From Ignavibacteriota bacterium (GTDB taxonomy: Bacteria; Bacteroidota; Ignavibacteria; UBA10030), in assembly GCA_963701295.1 (NCBI GenBank), contig OY969585.1:3360001-3424000 (forward strand): a DNA stretch of 64,000 bases, read 5' to 3'. Positions 31,381-41,788 of the stretch are shown in pieces. The position numbers and the translations under genes were made by a program. A model generated the notes under the pieces. That model saw only the letters and a list, made by a program, of their open reading frames with translations. It was not told the origin of the DNA and did no database searches. Position 1 is the stretch's first letter. The number at the start of each line of letters is the position of its first letter.

Positions 31381-32280
31381 TTAACTTGCTTTCTTCAACG
31401 CTTCTGCCCCGCTAACGATTTCGAGCAGTTCTTTCGTAATACTTGCTTGCCGTTCCTTGTTGTACGATAATGTATAATCACGGATAAGCTCTTTCGCATT
31501 TTCCGTTGCGTTATTCATCGCTGTCATTCGGGCGCCTTCTTCTGCCGTACTGGACTCCAGCAAAATGCGCCACATTTGGAAGTTCAGGTGTTTTGGCAAT
31601 AGTACATCGATAATTTCCCTAATGGACGGCTCGTAAATATAGTCGACCTGGGCAAGTGCGTGAAGATCCTTGGTCTCTTGAATTTGTTCTGGGGGGATCG
31701 GCAAAACTTGCTCAACAATAATCCGCTGTTGGATAACCGATTTGAATTCGTTGTAGACAACTTCCACTTTATCGTACTCACCCTTGAGATACTGATCCAC
31801 TATCTGCTGAATGATGGTTCGCGCATGACCGAAGTGGAGACTCCCAAAAATACCGACATGTTTCGCATAGAGAGCGTAATTTCGTTTCGAGAAAAAATCT
31901 GTTGATTTTTTCCCCACTGTCACGATCCGAACTCCATCGGGTTCCCTCAGCAAACGTTGATACTGTGAGTTCATATGATCGATAGCTGCTTTGATAACAT
32001 TGCCATTGAAGGCACCGCACATGCCCCTATCTCCCGATACAATCACAAGCAGCACACGCTTGACTTCACGTTCTTTTAGCAAGGGATGAATCGAGAGATC
32101 AATTCTGGTTACCAAACGGCGAAGGAGATCGTTCATTTTGCGTGCATACGGACGTGTTGAAACGAGTGCCTCTTGAGCACGGCGAAGTTTTGCTGCTGCG
32201 ACCATTTTCATCGCTTTGGTAATTTTCTGTGTGCTCTTAACGCTTGTGATCCGGCGCCGTATTTCTCGAAGTGTTGCCAC
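31381..32280 (-). CDS. atpG: ATP synthase F1 gamma subunit
   Basis: KITKAMKMVAA, ARMTAM and RQASITKE. Confidence 0.97.
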   Translation of the reverse strand: MATLREIRRRITSVKSTQKITKAMKMVAAAKLRRAQEALVSTRPYARKMNDLLRRLVTRIDLSIHPLLKEREVKRVLLVIVSGDRGMCGAFNGNVIKAAIDHMNSQYQRLLREPDGVRIVTVGKKSTDFFSKRNYALYAKHVGIFGSLHFGHARTIIQQIVDQYLKGEYDKVEVVYNEFKSVIQQRIIVEQVLPIPPEQIQETKDLHALAQVDYIYEPSIREIIDVLLPKHLNFQMWRILLESSTAEEGARMTAMNNATENAKELIRDYTLSYNKERQASITKELLEIVSGAEALKKAS

Positions 32281-32283
32281 AGA

Positions 32284-33837
32284 TTACTTCACCGTTCCTT
32301 TAAATTTCTGAACGAATTCTTTTGCAATCGAATGGAGTTTCGTTTCTATCTCTTTAGAAAGCTCTTTCGTCTCGGCGATTGTTTCAAGGACATCTGCATA
32401 TTTCATGTCCATCATCTCAAGAAAGTCTTTTTCAAATCGCTGTACTTCTTCTAACGGGAGATCATCTAAATATCCATTCGTACCTGTGAACATACTCGCC
32501 ACTTGTTTCTCGACCGGCATCAGAACATATTGACCTTGTTTAAGCAACTCAACAAGATGAGAACCACGGCGCAATGTTTGCTGAGTCGATTTATCAAGAT
32601 CAGAACCGAATTTCGAAAACGCTTCCAACTCGCGATACTGGGCAAGATCCATGCGCAGACGTCCCGCTACTCGTTTCATCGCCTTGATCTGTGCGTATCC
32701 ACCAACACGTGATACCGAGATACCGACATTGATTGCAGGACGAACGCCGGCGTTAAACAAGCCGGGTTCAAGATAAATCTGCCCATCAGTAATAGAAATG
32801 ACATTGGTTGGTATATATGCAGAAACGTCACCTGCTTGCGTTTCGATAATCGGTAATGCAGTGAGGCTTCCGCCGCCGAGTTCGTCATTAAGCTTTGACG
32901 CTCGTTCTAATAAACGTGAGTGCAGATAGAATACATCACCAGGATACGCTTCACGTCCCGGAGGTCTGCGCAACAGTAACGACATCTGACGATACGCTTG
33001 CGCATGCTTTGATAAATCATCGTAGATTACAAGTGCATGACGACTGGAATCGCGAAAATATTCTCCCAGCGTGGCACCTGCATAGGGAGCGATAAACTGC
33101 AACGGCGCAGAATCGCTCGCAGATGCATGAATCACCGTCGTATATTCTATTGCCCCATTTTCTTCTAGTGTTGCTACCACCTGCGCAACAGTCGATCCCT
33201 TTTGACCGATAGCGACATAAATGCAATACACCGGCTTGATGTCTTCTTTCTTCGCCTTCTCTGTGTGTGTATATTTTTGATTGATAATCGTATCAATCGC
33301 AATCGCGGTTTTCCCTGTTTGGCGGTCTCCAATAATCAACTCTCGCTGTCCGCGCCCAATCGGGATCATGCCATCCACCGGTTTGATGCCGGTCTGCAAA
33401 GGTTCTTTCACTGGACTTCGAGCAATAACACCGAGCGCCTTGCGTTCCAACGGAAGGAATGTATTAGTCTTGATAGGACCTTTTCCATCAAGCGGTTGAC
33501 CAAGTGGTGTCATCACACGCCCAAGCATCTGTTCACCCACGGGCATGGATGCGACACGACTCGTTCGCTTCACGGTGTCGCCTTCCTTGATATGCGTAGG
33601 ATCACCAAAAATCACGCATCCGACATTGTCTTCTTCGAGATTCAACGCCATACCGAATACGTTGCCTGGGAATTCCACTAACTCGCTCGCCATAACTTTC
33701 GAGAGACCATAAACGCGTGCGATGCCATCACCGACTTGCAGGACGGTTCCGACATCATATACATCTACTTCCTTTTCAAAACCTGAAAGTTGTTTTCGTA
33801 ATATTGCTGATACTTCATCTGGTCGTACTTCTGCCAT
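32284..33837 (-). CDS. atpA: ATP synthase F1 alpha subunit
   Basis: GDRQTGKT and [13 protein letters not shown]. Confidence 0.98.
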   Translation of the reverse strand: MAEVRPDEVSAILRKQLSGFEKEVDVYDVGTVLQVGDGIARVYGLSKVMASELVEFPGNVFGMALNLEEDNVGCVIFGDPTHIKEGDTVKRTSRVASMPVGEQMLGRVMTPLGQPLDGKGPIKTNTFLPLERKALGVIARSPVKEPLQTGIKPVDGMIPIGRGQRELIIGDRQTGKTAIAIDTIINQKYTHTEKAKKEDIKPVYCIYVAIGQKGSTVAQVVATLEENGAIEYTTVIHASASDSAPLQFIAPYAGATLGEYFRDSSRHALVIYDDLSKHAQAYRQMSLLLRRPPGREAYPGDVFYLHSRLLERASKLNDELGGGSLTALPIIETQAGDVSAYIPTNVISITDGQIYLEPGLFNAGVRPAINVGISVSRVGGYAQIKAMKRVAGRLRMDLAQYRELEAFSKFGSDLDKSTQQTLRRGSHLVELLKQGQYVLMPVEKQVASMFTGTNGYLDDLPLEEVQRFEKDFLEMMDMKYADVLETIAETKELSKEIETKLHSIAKEFVQKFKGTVK

Positions 33838-33916
33838 TTTCTTCCTCTATGTATCTCCAGCACAAATCTACTGGATGATATTGAACAAATATTATTTAAT
33901 AATTATTATTTGAAAA

Positions 33917-34468
33917 TTATGCAACAGCAATCTCCTCCTCAAACCTCTTGCGAAGAAGTTCAAGCTGTCGCTTCACGCTGCCATCAAACATCGTATCTCC
34001 GATGCGAGCTATGAAGCCGCCAATTAATTTTGGATCCAAGCTTATGTCGACGCGAACTTTCTTCTTTGAGTACGCTTCAAATCTCTGCTCAAGTTGTACT
34101 GTTTGTTGTGCCGATAATTCTGCTGCTGCATTTACGTGCACATTGACGATTCCCAAAGCCTCATCCTGCAGACGAAAGAAAGCCTCAATGATGTTCAAAA
34201 GAATATCCTCCCGCCTCTTTTCAGCAAGAAGAAATAAGAATTTTAGCGTGAGCGGTTGAATCGCCTCGCCAAACGTCGCTTCAAACACCTGCTGTTTCTT
34301 CTCCTTTTTTATGATAGGGCTCTTCAAGAACAGCTGGAACTCGTGCGATTCATTGATACTCCGCCGGAGAACAGTGAAATCATCGCTCACACGTTTAAGT
34401 ACTTGGAGTTCTTCAGCGGTGGTCATCAACGCTTCGGCATAACGATTTGCTGTTCGCAGATTACTCAT
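33917..34468 (-). CDS. atpH: ATP synthase F1 delta subunit
   Basis: RYAEAL, DPKLIGG and DGSVK. Confidence 0.95.
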   Translation of the reverse strand: MSNLRTANRYAEALMTTAEELQVLKRVSDDFTVLRRSINESHEFQLFLKSPIIKKEKKQQVFEATFGEAIQPLTLKFLFLLAEKRREDILLNIIEAFFRLQDEALGIVNVHVNAAAELSAQQTVQLEQRFEAYSKKKVRVDISLDPKLIGGFIARIGDTMFDGSVKRQLELLRKRFEEEIAVA

Positions 34469-34474
34469 AATCTA

Positions 34475-34960
34475 TTAGTTCTTCGGAAGTTGATTCATTA
34501 CAGAATCTATGAGTTTCTTTTGCCTCTTCTCGTCTAGTGTTTCTTCGAGAATTTTTTCTGTCGCTTTGATTGCAAGATCGGCGACTTCTGCACGAAGCTG
34601 CAGTTTCGCTGCATCCACATTGCGTTGGATTTCTTCCGTCGCCAGTTTCAGTTCTTGCTGAGCTTGTTGTTTTGCCTTCGTTACAATATCTTCCTTTAAC
34701 TTTTCGGCAAGCGCCTTACCTTCGTGGATCATCTTTTGGTATTCTTCTTCCGCGCGGGCAAGATTCTTTTCATTTTGCTTCAGCATCTCCGCTGCTTCCG
34801 CTCGCGCACGATCCGCTTCTTCAAGCGCATTGCGAATCTTGCTCTCACGCTCCTCAAGCATTTTCAAAATCGGCTTCCAAGCGAATTTTTTCATCACCGA
34901 CAAGAGAACAAGAAACGTAATTATTGTCCAGACGATAAGTCCGGGGTTAATCTCAAACAT
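34475..34960 (-). CDS. atpF: ATP synthase F0 subunit b
   Basis: N-terminal TM helix, AWKPI and coiled coil. Confidence 0.95.
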   Translation of the reverse strand: MFEINPGLIVWTIITFLVLLSVMKKFAWKPILKMLEERESKIRNALEEADRARAEAAEMLKQNEKNLARAEEEYQKMIHEGKALAEKLKEDIVTKAKQQAQQELKLATEEIQRNVDAAKLQLRAEVADLAIKATEKILEETLDEKRQKKLIDSVMNQLPKN

Positions 34961-34979
34961 TGATCAGCGTTCCTTTTCT

Positions 34980-35210
34980 TTATACTTTAAGTGCGAGAAT
35001 AATGCATATCGCAAGTGCAAAAAAAGTAGCACCTTCGATAAGCGCTGCAGCAATCAACATTGACACACGTACTTCTGCGGCAACTTCCGGTTGACGACCA
35101 CTAGCTTCCATTGCGGCGGCGGCAAGTTTACCGATACCGAATGCTGCACCAAGAACAACAATTCCTGCTCCAAATCCTGCGGCGAGATATGCTATTGCTG
35201 TTGCTGACAT
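34980..35210 (-). CDS. atpE: ATP synthase F0 subunit c
   Basis: RQPE loop and ALIEG; GGAGG upstream of ATG 35210. Confidence 0.96.
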   Translation of the reverse strand: MSATAIAYLAAGFGAGIVVLGAAFGIGKLAAAAMEASGRQPEVAAEVRVSMLIAAALIEGATFFALAICIILALKV

Positions 35211-35255
35211 CGAAAAATCCTCCAAATATGGTTAAAGTGATTTTGATTTTTTTAT

Positions 35256-36173
35256 TTAGTGTTTCAAACCTTCTTCATGACTGCTCGCTGGCATACCCAA
35301 ACCCATGAACAACGAAGTGAGCATAGTAAAAACGTACGCCTGCAAAAATGCTACAAATAATTCCAGCATATATATTCCAACAATAAACATCAAAGGTAAG
35401 GGTGCAACGATATACGATTGGAACATCAAAACCAATCCGAAAAGAGAAAGAATAACAATATGCCCACCTGTCATGTTTGCGAATAAACGCATACAGAGTG
35501 CAAATGGTTTTGTAAAGAGACTAAGAATTTCAATAGGGATCATTATGATCCAGAGATACCAAGGGGCTCCACCTGCGAGATGTGCTAAATAATGCTTAAG
35601 CCCTTGGGCACGTATGGCAGAAATCTGAATCATACAAAAAGCTATCAGCGCAAGACCGGCAGTAACCATAATATTACCGGTAGACGTGGCACCATAAGGG
35701 ATAAGTCCTGCTAAATTCATGATTAGGATATAAAAGAATGTTGTTAGTAAATACGGCATGTATCTCAAGCCGGCTGGTCCCATATTGGGAAGCACCACTT
35801 CATCACGAAGGAATACTATTACCATTTCTATTAAATTCACAAATCCTTGAGGTACAAAACTTTTCTTGTAAGACCTCGCAACATAGATCATAGCAATGAG
35901 GAGCAGAACTCCGCACAATAAAAGAAAAAAAACATGCTTGGTCATCGAAAGATCTATTGCGGTACCACCAAAATGAACCGGTGTAAACTGCGGTAAGGAG
36001 ATATGCCCAAACGGAATTTCGACGCTCCGTGAATCTTTCATATGGTCGAGGAGGTGTATAAAGTTAAAACCCTCACCATGCTCGCCAGAAGTATGGGCGA
36101 CTGCCGCAGTATCTGCCAGCGCATGAGCCGCATGCTGAAGAGTATCTTGCACTATTGGATTCTCGAAGATCAA
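35256..36173 (-). CDS. atpB: ATP synthase F0 subunit a
   Basis: RLFANMTGGH and LQAYVFTMLT. Confidence 0.96.
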   Translation of the reverse strand: MIFENPIVQDTLQHAAHALADTAAVAHTSGEHGEGFNFIHLLDHMKDSRSVEIPFGHISLPQFTPVHFGGTAIDLSMTKHVFFLLLCGVLLLIAMIYVARSYKKSFVPQGFVNLIEMVIVFLRDEVVLPNMGPAGLRYMPYLLTTFFYILIMNLAGLIPYGATSTGNIMVTAGLALIAFCMIQISAIRAQGLKHYLAHLAGGAPWYLWIIMIPIEILSLFTKPFALCMRLFANMTGGHIVILSLFGLVLMFQSYIVAPLPLMFIVGIYMLELFVAFLQAYVFTMLTSLFMGLGMPASSHEEGLKH

Positions 36174-36185
36174 TACTTTCTCAAT

Positions 36186-36578
36186 CTATTTTTTTGTGGA
36201 GACTCTTTTTTGAAGATAATAAATTTCTAATCCCAAATTCATCACATAGAAAAATAACAATGTCAGCATTAACGATGCTGGATGGAAGCCGAATATTCGA
36301 ATGAGTAGTAAAAATGCTCCCCACATCAACATCAACCGTCCGACCATTCCACCTAACACATATTTCAAAAAAGTTGTATGTGATCGCTCGAAAGATGCTT
36401 CAATTGCCAAATATCCCAATAATAAATTCGCAAGACTCATGATGCTGCCCGCAATAATACTGTGCATCACTTCTCTTGTTGCAAACTCCGAAATCGGATA
36501 ATAGGTGAGTGCCGCCGTACAAGTGAAACAGAACAATACTAATCGCAGAAATGACCAATCAATTTTCACGCTTATCAC
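36186..36578 (-). CDS. atpI: ATP synthase subunit I-like membrane protein
   Basis: Four TM helices with GMVGR motif; position before atpB. Confidence 0.7.
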   Translation of the reverse strand: MISVKIDWSFLRLVLFCFTCTAALTYYPISEFATREVMHSIIAGSIMSLANLLLGYLAIEASFERSHTTFLKYVLGGMVGRLMLMWGAFLLLIRIFGFHPASLMLTLLFFYVMNLGLEIYYLQKRVSTKK

Positions 36579-36855
36579 TCATTCGATTTCGTTCTTCATC
36601 CGCAATCATTGAAGCAACCGATTTGAAAAATTTTACAAATCCTCCTACCATTCCTACCAACGTTCCTACTAATTTTCCGATCGGTGCAATTCCGTATCTT
36701 TTATCAATCCAATCACCAATAAAAAAGAAGACAACAACCGCTGCCGCCAATTGAAATCCTAGCGTCAGGTACGGTCCATATTGACGATACGTTCCTTGGA
36801 TTTCAACTTTTTTCTTTTTGTCTTGCGTTCCACTATTCGGAGATTCAGAGTTCAT
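36559..36855 (-). CDS. AtpZ/AtpI family (ATPase gene 1) membrane protein
   Basis: GDWIDKRYG motif, two TM helices, first gene of the atp cluster. Confidence 0.8.
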   Translation of the reverse strand: MNSESPNSGTQDKKKKVEIQGTYRQYGPYLTLGFQLAAAVVVFFFIGDWIDKRYGIAPIGKLVGTLVGMVGGFVKFFKSVASMIADEERNRMSDKREN

Positions 36856-36886
36856 CCCGTATCCTTGGTCTCCGATTTTATTCCAA

Positions 36887-37252
36887 TCAGTGTTTCACTT
36901 CATACGTCGGAGCTCTATCAGTCATAGAAACTTTACCGTCGAAAATCGACCCCTCATCAATGACAAGGCGAGTGGCACGGATATCGGCACGTACGACCGA
37001 TTTTCCTTCAAACACAATTTTTTCTGCAACATTGATCGTACCGCGCACTTTTCCACCGATGGTAACATTTTTCGCGGTAACATTCCCATCGATCTCGCCG
37101 GTAACGCCTACGGCAAGCGATTCACTTGCTGTCACTTCACCGACTAATTTTCCATCCACACGTACGCTGCCTTGGCTTCGAATCTTACCTTCCACAACTG
37201 TCCCGGCGCCAATGATGTTCATTTCTTTGATGGGGTCAATTTTCGTAACCAC
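36887..37252 (-). CDS. Bactofilin (polymer-forming cytoskeletal protein)
   Basis: Beta-helix repeats IIGAGTVVEG, VRVDG and IDEGSIFDG. Confidence 0.92.
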   Translation of the reverse strand: MVTKIDPIKEMNIIGAGTVVEGKIRSQGSVRVDGKLVGEVTASESLAVGVTGEIDGNVTAKNVTIGGKVRGTINVAEKIVFEGKSVVRADIRATRLVIDEGSIFDGKVSMTDRAPTYEVKH

Positions 37253-37261
37253 AGATCACCT

Positions 37262-38152
37262 CTAGAGATAATAATTAATCATATAAACGGATGGATCCAC
37301 CGAAACTCCATCTTTCCAAATTTCAAAATGCAGATGCGGACCAGAACTCGTGGCTCCAGAATTTCCCAAGGTTGCAATTGGTTCGCCTCGCCGAACGAAC
37401 GAACCGGCAGATTTCAACAACGTTTGATTGTGCTTGTAGAAACTCAAAAAACCGCCCGCGTGTGATATAATGACTATATATCCATCGTTGGATGTCCAAC
37501 CGGAAAAAACAACGTTTCCATCTGCGGCTGCATTAATGAGCGTGCCTATCTTTCCGGCAATATCCAGCCCATAATGGTTAGACTCAGGCTCGTATCCACG
37601 TGTCATATATCCTTCGGTCGGAAGAATTGCAGGAAATGATACTGCACTTCGCCCGTCTGTTTCAGACTTCGTAGTCTGGGTTGGAATCATCCGCTGTGCG
37701 GAATTCATCAATCGGACTGATCTAGCAGTTATTTGTCCTTCCTGTAACAAATCACTTTTTTCTGCCTGAGAAGTTCGCGAAGTTACTTTGACACTTCCGG
37801 AATCAGATAACGTAATATTCTCTCCAAATGCCCGTCGGAGTTTGATGTTATAACTTCGTAACTCGACAAGCTGCTCCATCAAACTCATCATTTGTTGGTT
37901 CAAAGAGACCAACTCTCTGCTATACCTATTTTCAAGTCCTTTATTCGACAATGGGAATACCTGACCTAATGGAGTATAGGTCAGAGCGAGCACCACGATC
38001 ATTACTGCCAATACAGCGAAAAGCACGAATCCTGTTACCAATTGCCAGAAAGCTAGTTGGAAGTTTTTAGTTTTGCTGGCATCTTCATCCGGCACCAGTA
38101 CAATCGTGTATCGGTTTTTTTTCGATTTATGGTGCTGACGATCTGCTGCCAA
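37262..38152 (-). CDS. M23 family metallopeptidase
   Basis: HYGLD, YKH and GPHLHFE motifs; adjacent to bactofilin. Confidence 0.92.
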   Translation of the reverse strand: MAADRQHHKSKKNRYTIVLVPDEDASKTKNFQLAFWQLVTGFVLFAVLAVMIVVLALTYTPLGQVFPLSNKGLENRYSRELVSLNQQMMSLMEQLVELRSYNIKLRRAFGENITLSDSGSVKVTSRTSQAEKSDLLQEGQITARSVRLMNSAQRMIPTQTTKSETDGRSAVSFPAILPTEGYMTRGYEPESNHYGLDIAGKIGTLINAAADGNVVFSGWTSNDGYIVIISHAGGFLSFYKHNQTLLKSAGSFVRRGEPIATLGNSGATSSGPHLHFEIWKDGVSVDPSVYMINYYL

Positions 38153-38234
38153 ACGCTACTTTTCACCTCATTTGTGACTTATATTAGATATAAAGTATAA
38201 TAAAAAAAAGGTGAAAATCAAAATTATGCGTTGC

Positions 38235-38263
38235 TTGACTTCCCTGTCGATTTTGCGTATATT
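38235..38263 (+). promoter_or_regulatory. Putative sigma70-type promoter for the Zn-ribbon gene and rpsU
   Basis: TTGACT-N17-TATATT. Confidence 0.55.
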
Positions 38264-38350
38264 TAAACAATTAGTTGGCTAACTTTTGTTTTCTCCATAT
38301 TGAATCAGCCAACCTCATGCAACCCAAAGAAGGGTTAATAGGGAATCAAA

Positions 38351-38749
38351 ATGGCAAAGACAAAATACATCATGCACCAATGTGCATACTGTCGGCGGGA
38401 AACAAAGATGGAATTCATAGGCGGCCAGCCATCTGAGGATACCAACACTGAGATTATAAAGGTTTGGTACCGCTGTGGTAAATGCAAACACAGTGCGTTA
38501 CTCACACTCTCTCCTGCAAGTCAGATGAAGAAGAAACGTGCTGTTGCCATTAACCGTGAACTCTGCACACCATACGCCAAAGAAAAGATATTCTCGGTTG
38601 GTGAAAACATTTATCACTCAGAATGGGATGATGTCGGAAAGGTCGTCCGAAAAGACAAAATGTCGAATGGAATTCATTCTATTGTCGTTACATTCGAAAA
38701 AATTGGTGAGCGAAAGCTGCTGGAAAACATCCAGGCATTATCAGAATAA
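38351..38749 (+). CDS. Hypothetical protein: Zn ribbon plus Tudor-like domain
   Basis: CAYC and CGKC pairs; C-terminal FSVGENIYH...VGKV...VVTFEKIGERKL. Confidence 0.7.
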   Translation: MAKTKYIMHQCAYCRRETKMEFIGGQPSEDTNTEIIKVWYRCGKCKHSALLTLSPASQMKKKRAVAINRELCTPYAKEKIFSVGENIYHSEWDDVGKVVRKDKMSNGIHSIVVTFEKIGERKLLENIQALSE

Positions 38750-38802
38750 GTATTTAGAGACTAAGTTGTGTTGTTGTTACCCTGAGCGAAGGAGGTGATT
38801 TC

Positions 38803-38997
38803 TTGGTCGGCATTATTATAGGTGAAAATGAACCAATCGACCGTGCTATACGACGTTTTAAGAAGAAATATGAACGATCAGGCATTCTGAAAGAAGTAAA
38901 GAAGCGTGCATTCTTCACTAAACCTTCGGTCAAGAAACGCATGAAGCAAGCGAAAGCAATTCGCCGGTCTCAGCGTGCAGCATCAGAAGAATTGTGA
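38803..38997 (+). CDS. rpsU: 30S ribosomal protein S21
   Basis: AIRRFKK, GILKEVKKR and KPSVK; AAGGAGG SD before TTG. Confidence 0.96.
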   Translation: MVGIIIGENEPIDRAIRRFKKKYERSGILKEVKKRAFFTKPSVKKRMKQAKAIRRSQRAASEEL

Positions 38998-39017
38998 TCG
39001 TATGCATGATAGTAAAC

Positions 39018-39054
39018 GAAAAGCCTCTTCAACTTTCAGTTGATGGGGCTTTTC
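39018..39054. terminator. Bidirectional intrinsic terminator
   Basis: GAAAAGCCTCTTCAACT / AGTTGATGGGGCTTTTC between convergent genes. Confidence 0.8.
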
Positions 39055-39073
39055 TGATTTGAAGTGCGTTTTT

Positions 39074-39613
39074 TTACTTAATATTCTGTCCAGCCGATTC
39101 CTCACGTTGTCGTGCCACTTCCATCAGATGGTGAATAGTCTGAAAATCTGCTGAACGCTGAGAGTGCACTACCATCCATCGATTATCCCGTCGTTCAAGA
39201 ATAAAGGTAGTAGGCAGATATTCGTCCATCATAATTCCATTGAGTGAATATGTCTGCCGGAGAATAAAGAACGCATAGGCACCATCGTTATACACCTTGA
39301 CATTCATGCTTTCTAAACGGTTTTTATACTCTTTGATTCCAGACATTGCGCGGCGCATGCGCGATTTTGTAGTATCAATCGGCTCTGTCATCCCCCAATA
39401 CGTTACATAATAGACATCCTTATCAAAGAAATTGTCTATCAAGCTATCAGTGTTCACTGGAATGCCAGTATAAGCCCGTTTCAGCGCTTGATAGAAATCA
39501 GCAATTTCACGTTCGATGAGTGCAGCATCCTCAGATATATCATCCGATGATTTCTTTTTTTCTGAGGTACAGGAGATCACCAGCACTAAAAGTAACGATG
39601 CTATAATTCTCAT
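39074..39613 (-). CDS. NTF2/SnoaL-like fold lipoprotein
   Basis: Lipobox VISC; TFILERRDNRWMVVHSQRS C-terminus. Confidence 0.75.
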   Translation of the reverse strand: MRIIASLLLVLVISCTSEKKKSSDDISEDAALIEREIADFYQALKRAYTGIPVNTDSLIDNFFDKDVYYVTYWGMTEPIDTTKSRMRRAMSGIKEYKNRLESMNVKVYNDGAYAFFILRQTYSLNGIMMDEYLPTTFILERRDNRWMVVHSQRSADFQTIHHLMEVARQREESAGQNIK

Positions 39614-39661
39614 GTATTGCCTCTTCTCAATATTTTCGGATACAAAATTTTTGTTGTTTCC

Positions 39662-40630
39662 TTACCGGTAAAAATTTCGTTCCCACTTATGCTTGCGAAT
39701 TTCTTCAATCATTCTATCGCTCAACTTTCTTCCATCGGAAAATCGACAATTCGCCTCGACGTTTGCAACACTGCGCATTCCCGGTATAACTGTTGATACA
39801 GCAGGATGATGTAAGCAAAAACGTAATGCTAACTCGGGTAATGTTGCCGCTTCCTTGCCAAGAAGCTGCGTGAGTGCATTTGTTCGTTCGACAATTTGTT
39901 GTTTCCGATCATCGCGGAAGTAATGATTGCGGAAATCTCCTGCAGGGAATTTTGTCTCCGTTGTAATCTTCCCTGTCAATCCGCCTTCGTCCAATGGCAC
40001 ACGGATGATAATTCCGATATTCTTTTCCTGGCAAAGCTGGAAAAGATTTTTCTCAGGAGTTTGATCAAAAATGTTATATATTACTTGAAACGAATCCACT
40101 AATCCCGTTGCAGCAACTTTCAATGCATTGTCCGGCTGGTGGTCATTAATAGAAATCCCGAAGAATCGTATTTTCCTTTGTTCCTTTAACTTGGCGATAG
40201 CATCTTGCCATTCAGCATCCGGCGTCCAATCATCATCCCACACATGGAATTGCTGAACATCAATGGTGTCAATGTTAAGGTTTTTCAAACTAGTTTCAGT
40301 GGATTTGATAATATGATCGTAAGGATATGCTTCACGCAGTTTTGTTCCCGATGGTGCCGGCCATTTTCCGTTTTTGGGAGGAATCTTCGATGCGATATAC
40401 AATCGTTCCTTCCGCTCCTTTATCACCTTTCCAACTAAATTCTCAGAGTGCCCATCGCCATACACCAAAGCCGTATCGATGAAGTTCAATCCAAGATCAA
40501 CGGCACGGTGTAAGGCACGAATTGATTCATCATCCTTTGCGCCATACCATAATGTCCCACCAATGCCCCATGCACCAAAACCAATTTCTGAAATCTTAAG
40601 ACTGGTTTTGCCAAGTTTTCTGAATTCCAT
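39662..40630 (-). CDS. Aldo/keto reductase
   Basis: IGFGAW, DTALVYG, SLKNL and STVIPG. Confidence 0.93.
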   Translation of the reverse strand: MEFRKLGKTSLKISEIGFGAWGIGGTLWYGAKDDESIRALHRAVDLGLNFIDTALVYGDGHSENLVGKVIKERKERLYIASKIPPKNGKWPAPSGTKLREAYPYDHIIKSTETSLKNLNIDTIDVQQFHVWDDDWTPDAEWQDAIAKLKEQRKIRFFGISINDHQPDNALKVAATGLVDSFQVIYNIFDQTPEKNLFQLCQEKNIGIIIRVPLDEGGLTGKITTETKFPAGDFRNHYFRDDRKQQIVERTNALTQLLGKEAATLPELALRFCLHHPAVSTVIPGMRSVANVEANCRFSDGRKLSDRMIEEIRKHKWERNFYR

Positions 40631-40645
40631 GACATTTTTCCTTTC

Positions 40646-40879
40646 TCAATTTTCTTCATCGGTCAGCTTCTTCCACTTTTCTTCAAGGGCTTGTTTGGAA
40701 TTCTTTGGGAAAAACTTTGCATGGAGTTGCTTCAACTTCGCCATGGTGAGAGAATCAAGTTCTTCGTCGTCACGATCTCTCTTGAGCATCATCTCAAACG
40801 ATTGTCGTTCATCCGAGCTCATTTTCGTCATCACTTGCTTCAGCCGCTGAGCCATCTTGCGTTGTTCAACCGATGTCAT
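40646..40879 (-). CDS. Small helical hypothetical protein
   Basis: AGAGG SD; co-oriented within an apparent operon. Confidence 0.65.
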   Translation of the reverse strand: MTSVEQRKMAQRLKQVMTKMSSDERQSFEMMLKRDRDDEELDSLTMAKLKQLHAKFFPKNSKQALEEKWKKLTDEEN

Positions 40880-40903
40880 GTATGTTCCTCTGATGAATGA
40901 AAA

Positions 40904-41404
40904 TTATTTCGCCCACTTCTTCAGAAACGCAAAGACCTTTGTTTTATCGTGTCCTTTGTATGGATAATCTTTAGGAAATTCCAATTCTCCCGTGTCCTGT
41001 GAGTGTATCAGTTGACCGTTTTTATTAAGAATAAAGATATGCGGATACCCTGCAACTTTCGGATACGTCGAAAGAACTGCTTGGTTCTCATTCTCCTTGC
41101 TTACATTGATCTTAACAACAACGTAATTCTTGATGAGATAGTTTTCAAGGTCTTTATTCTGAATGAAAAGACTATCAAGACGATGACACCAGATACACCA
41201 CTCACCGCCAATATCAAGAAGAATGCGCTTGTTAGATTTCTTCGCCAGTACAATAGCATCTTGAATATCTTTCTGTGCATCGCGTGCGGGATCAAACTTC
41301 TGGTGTTGTTCAGATGCTGGTTTTGTGGAACCAATAGGTTGTGCAAGAATAAGCGAACTGGTTAGCACAATGAATATAAACAGTGTGAAAATCGTTATTT
41401 TCAT
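40904..41404 (-). CDS. Exported thioredoxin family protein
   Basis: Signal peptide, WCIWC and GYP cis-Pro motif. Confidence 0.9.
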   Translation of the reverse strand: MKITIFTLFIFIVLTSSLILAQPIGSTKPASEQHQKFDPARDAQKDIQDAIVLAKKSNKRILLDIGGEWCIWCHRLDSLFIQNKDLENYLIKNYVVVKINVSKENENQAVLSTYPKVAGYPHIFILNKNGQLIHSQDTGELEFPKDYPYKGHDKTKVFAFLKKWAK

Positions 41405-41788
41405 AAAAAAATCTCCCAGTCACTTTTTAACACATCTAAATAAAATCTACTATATCTACTTTCCAATAGCAAACAAAAAACCTTGACGCACTACATAATG
41501 CCGGAGTAATGGAGACAGCTCATAGTAGCGCCTGCAACTATGAACTTATAACTGATGTATCTTTTAGGAGGGAGGTACTGGTTTTCCCCTCGTTAAAACA
41601 TAGATAGTACACACATGAACAATGAAGTACAATCACGCTTCTTGTATTAACCACGGAAGTCAATATAATCTTAGAGCTGTGAGAAGATATTTATTTTCTC
41701 TCTCCCTCCCGAAGGTTCGCATAGAGAGGCTTATTACAACTAGCTCTGTCCTTCCCGCTTGCACCACTATCCTTCGTAATCAGGGATG

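Noticed and set aside
31381-36855. atp operon lacking atpD and atpC
   Set aside because: A split atp operon is already known in Chlorobi and related lineages
41470-41730. Several hairpins in the intergenic gap as a riboswitch or ncRNA
   Set aside because: No recognisable Rfam-type consensus by eye; would need a covariance search
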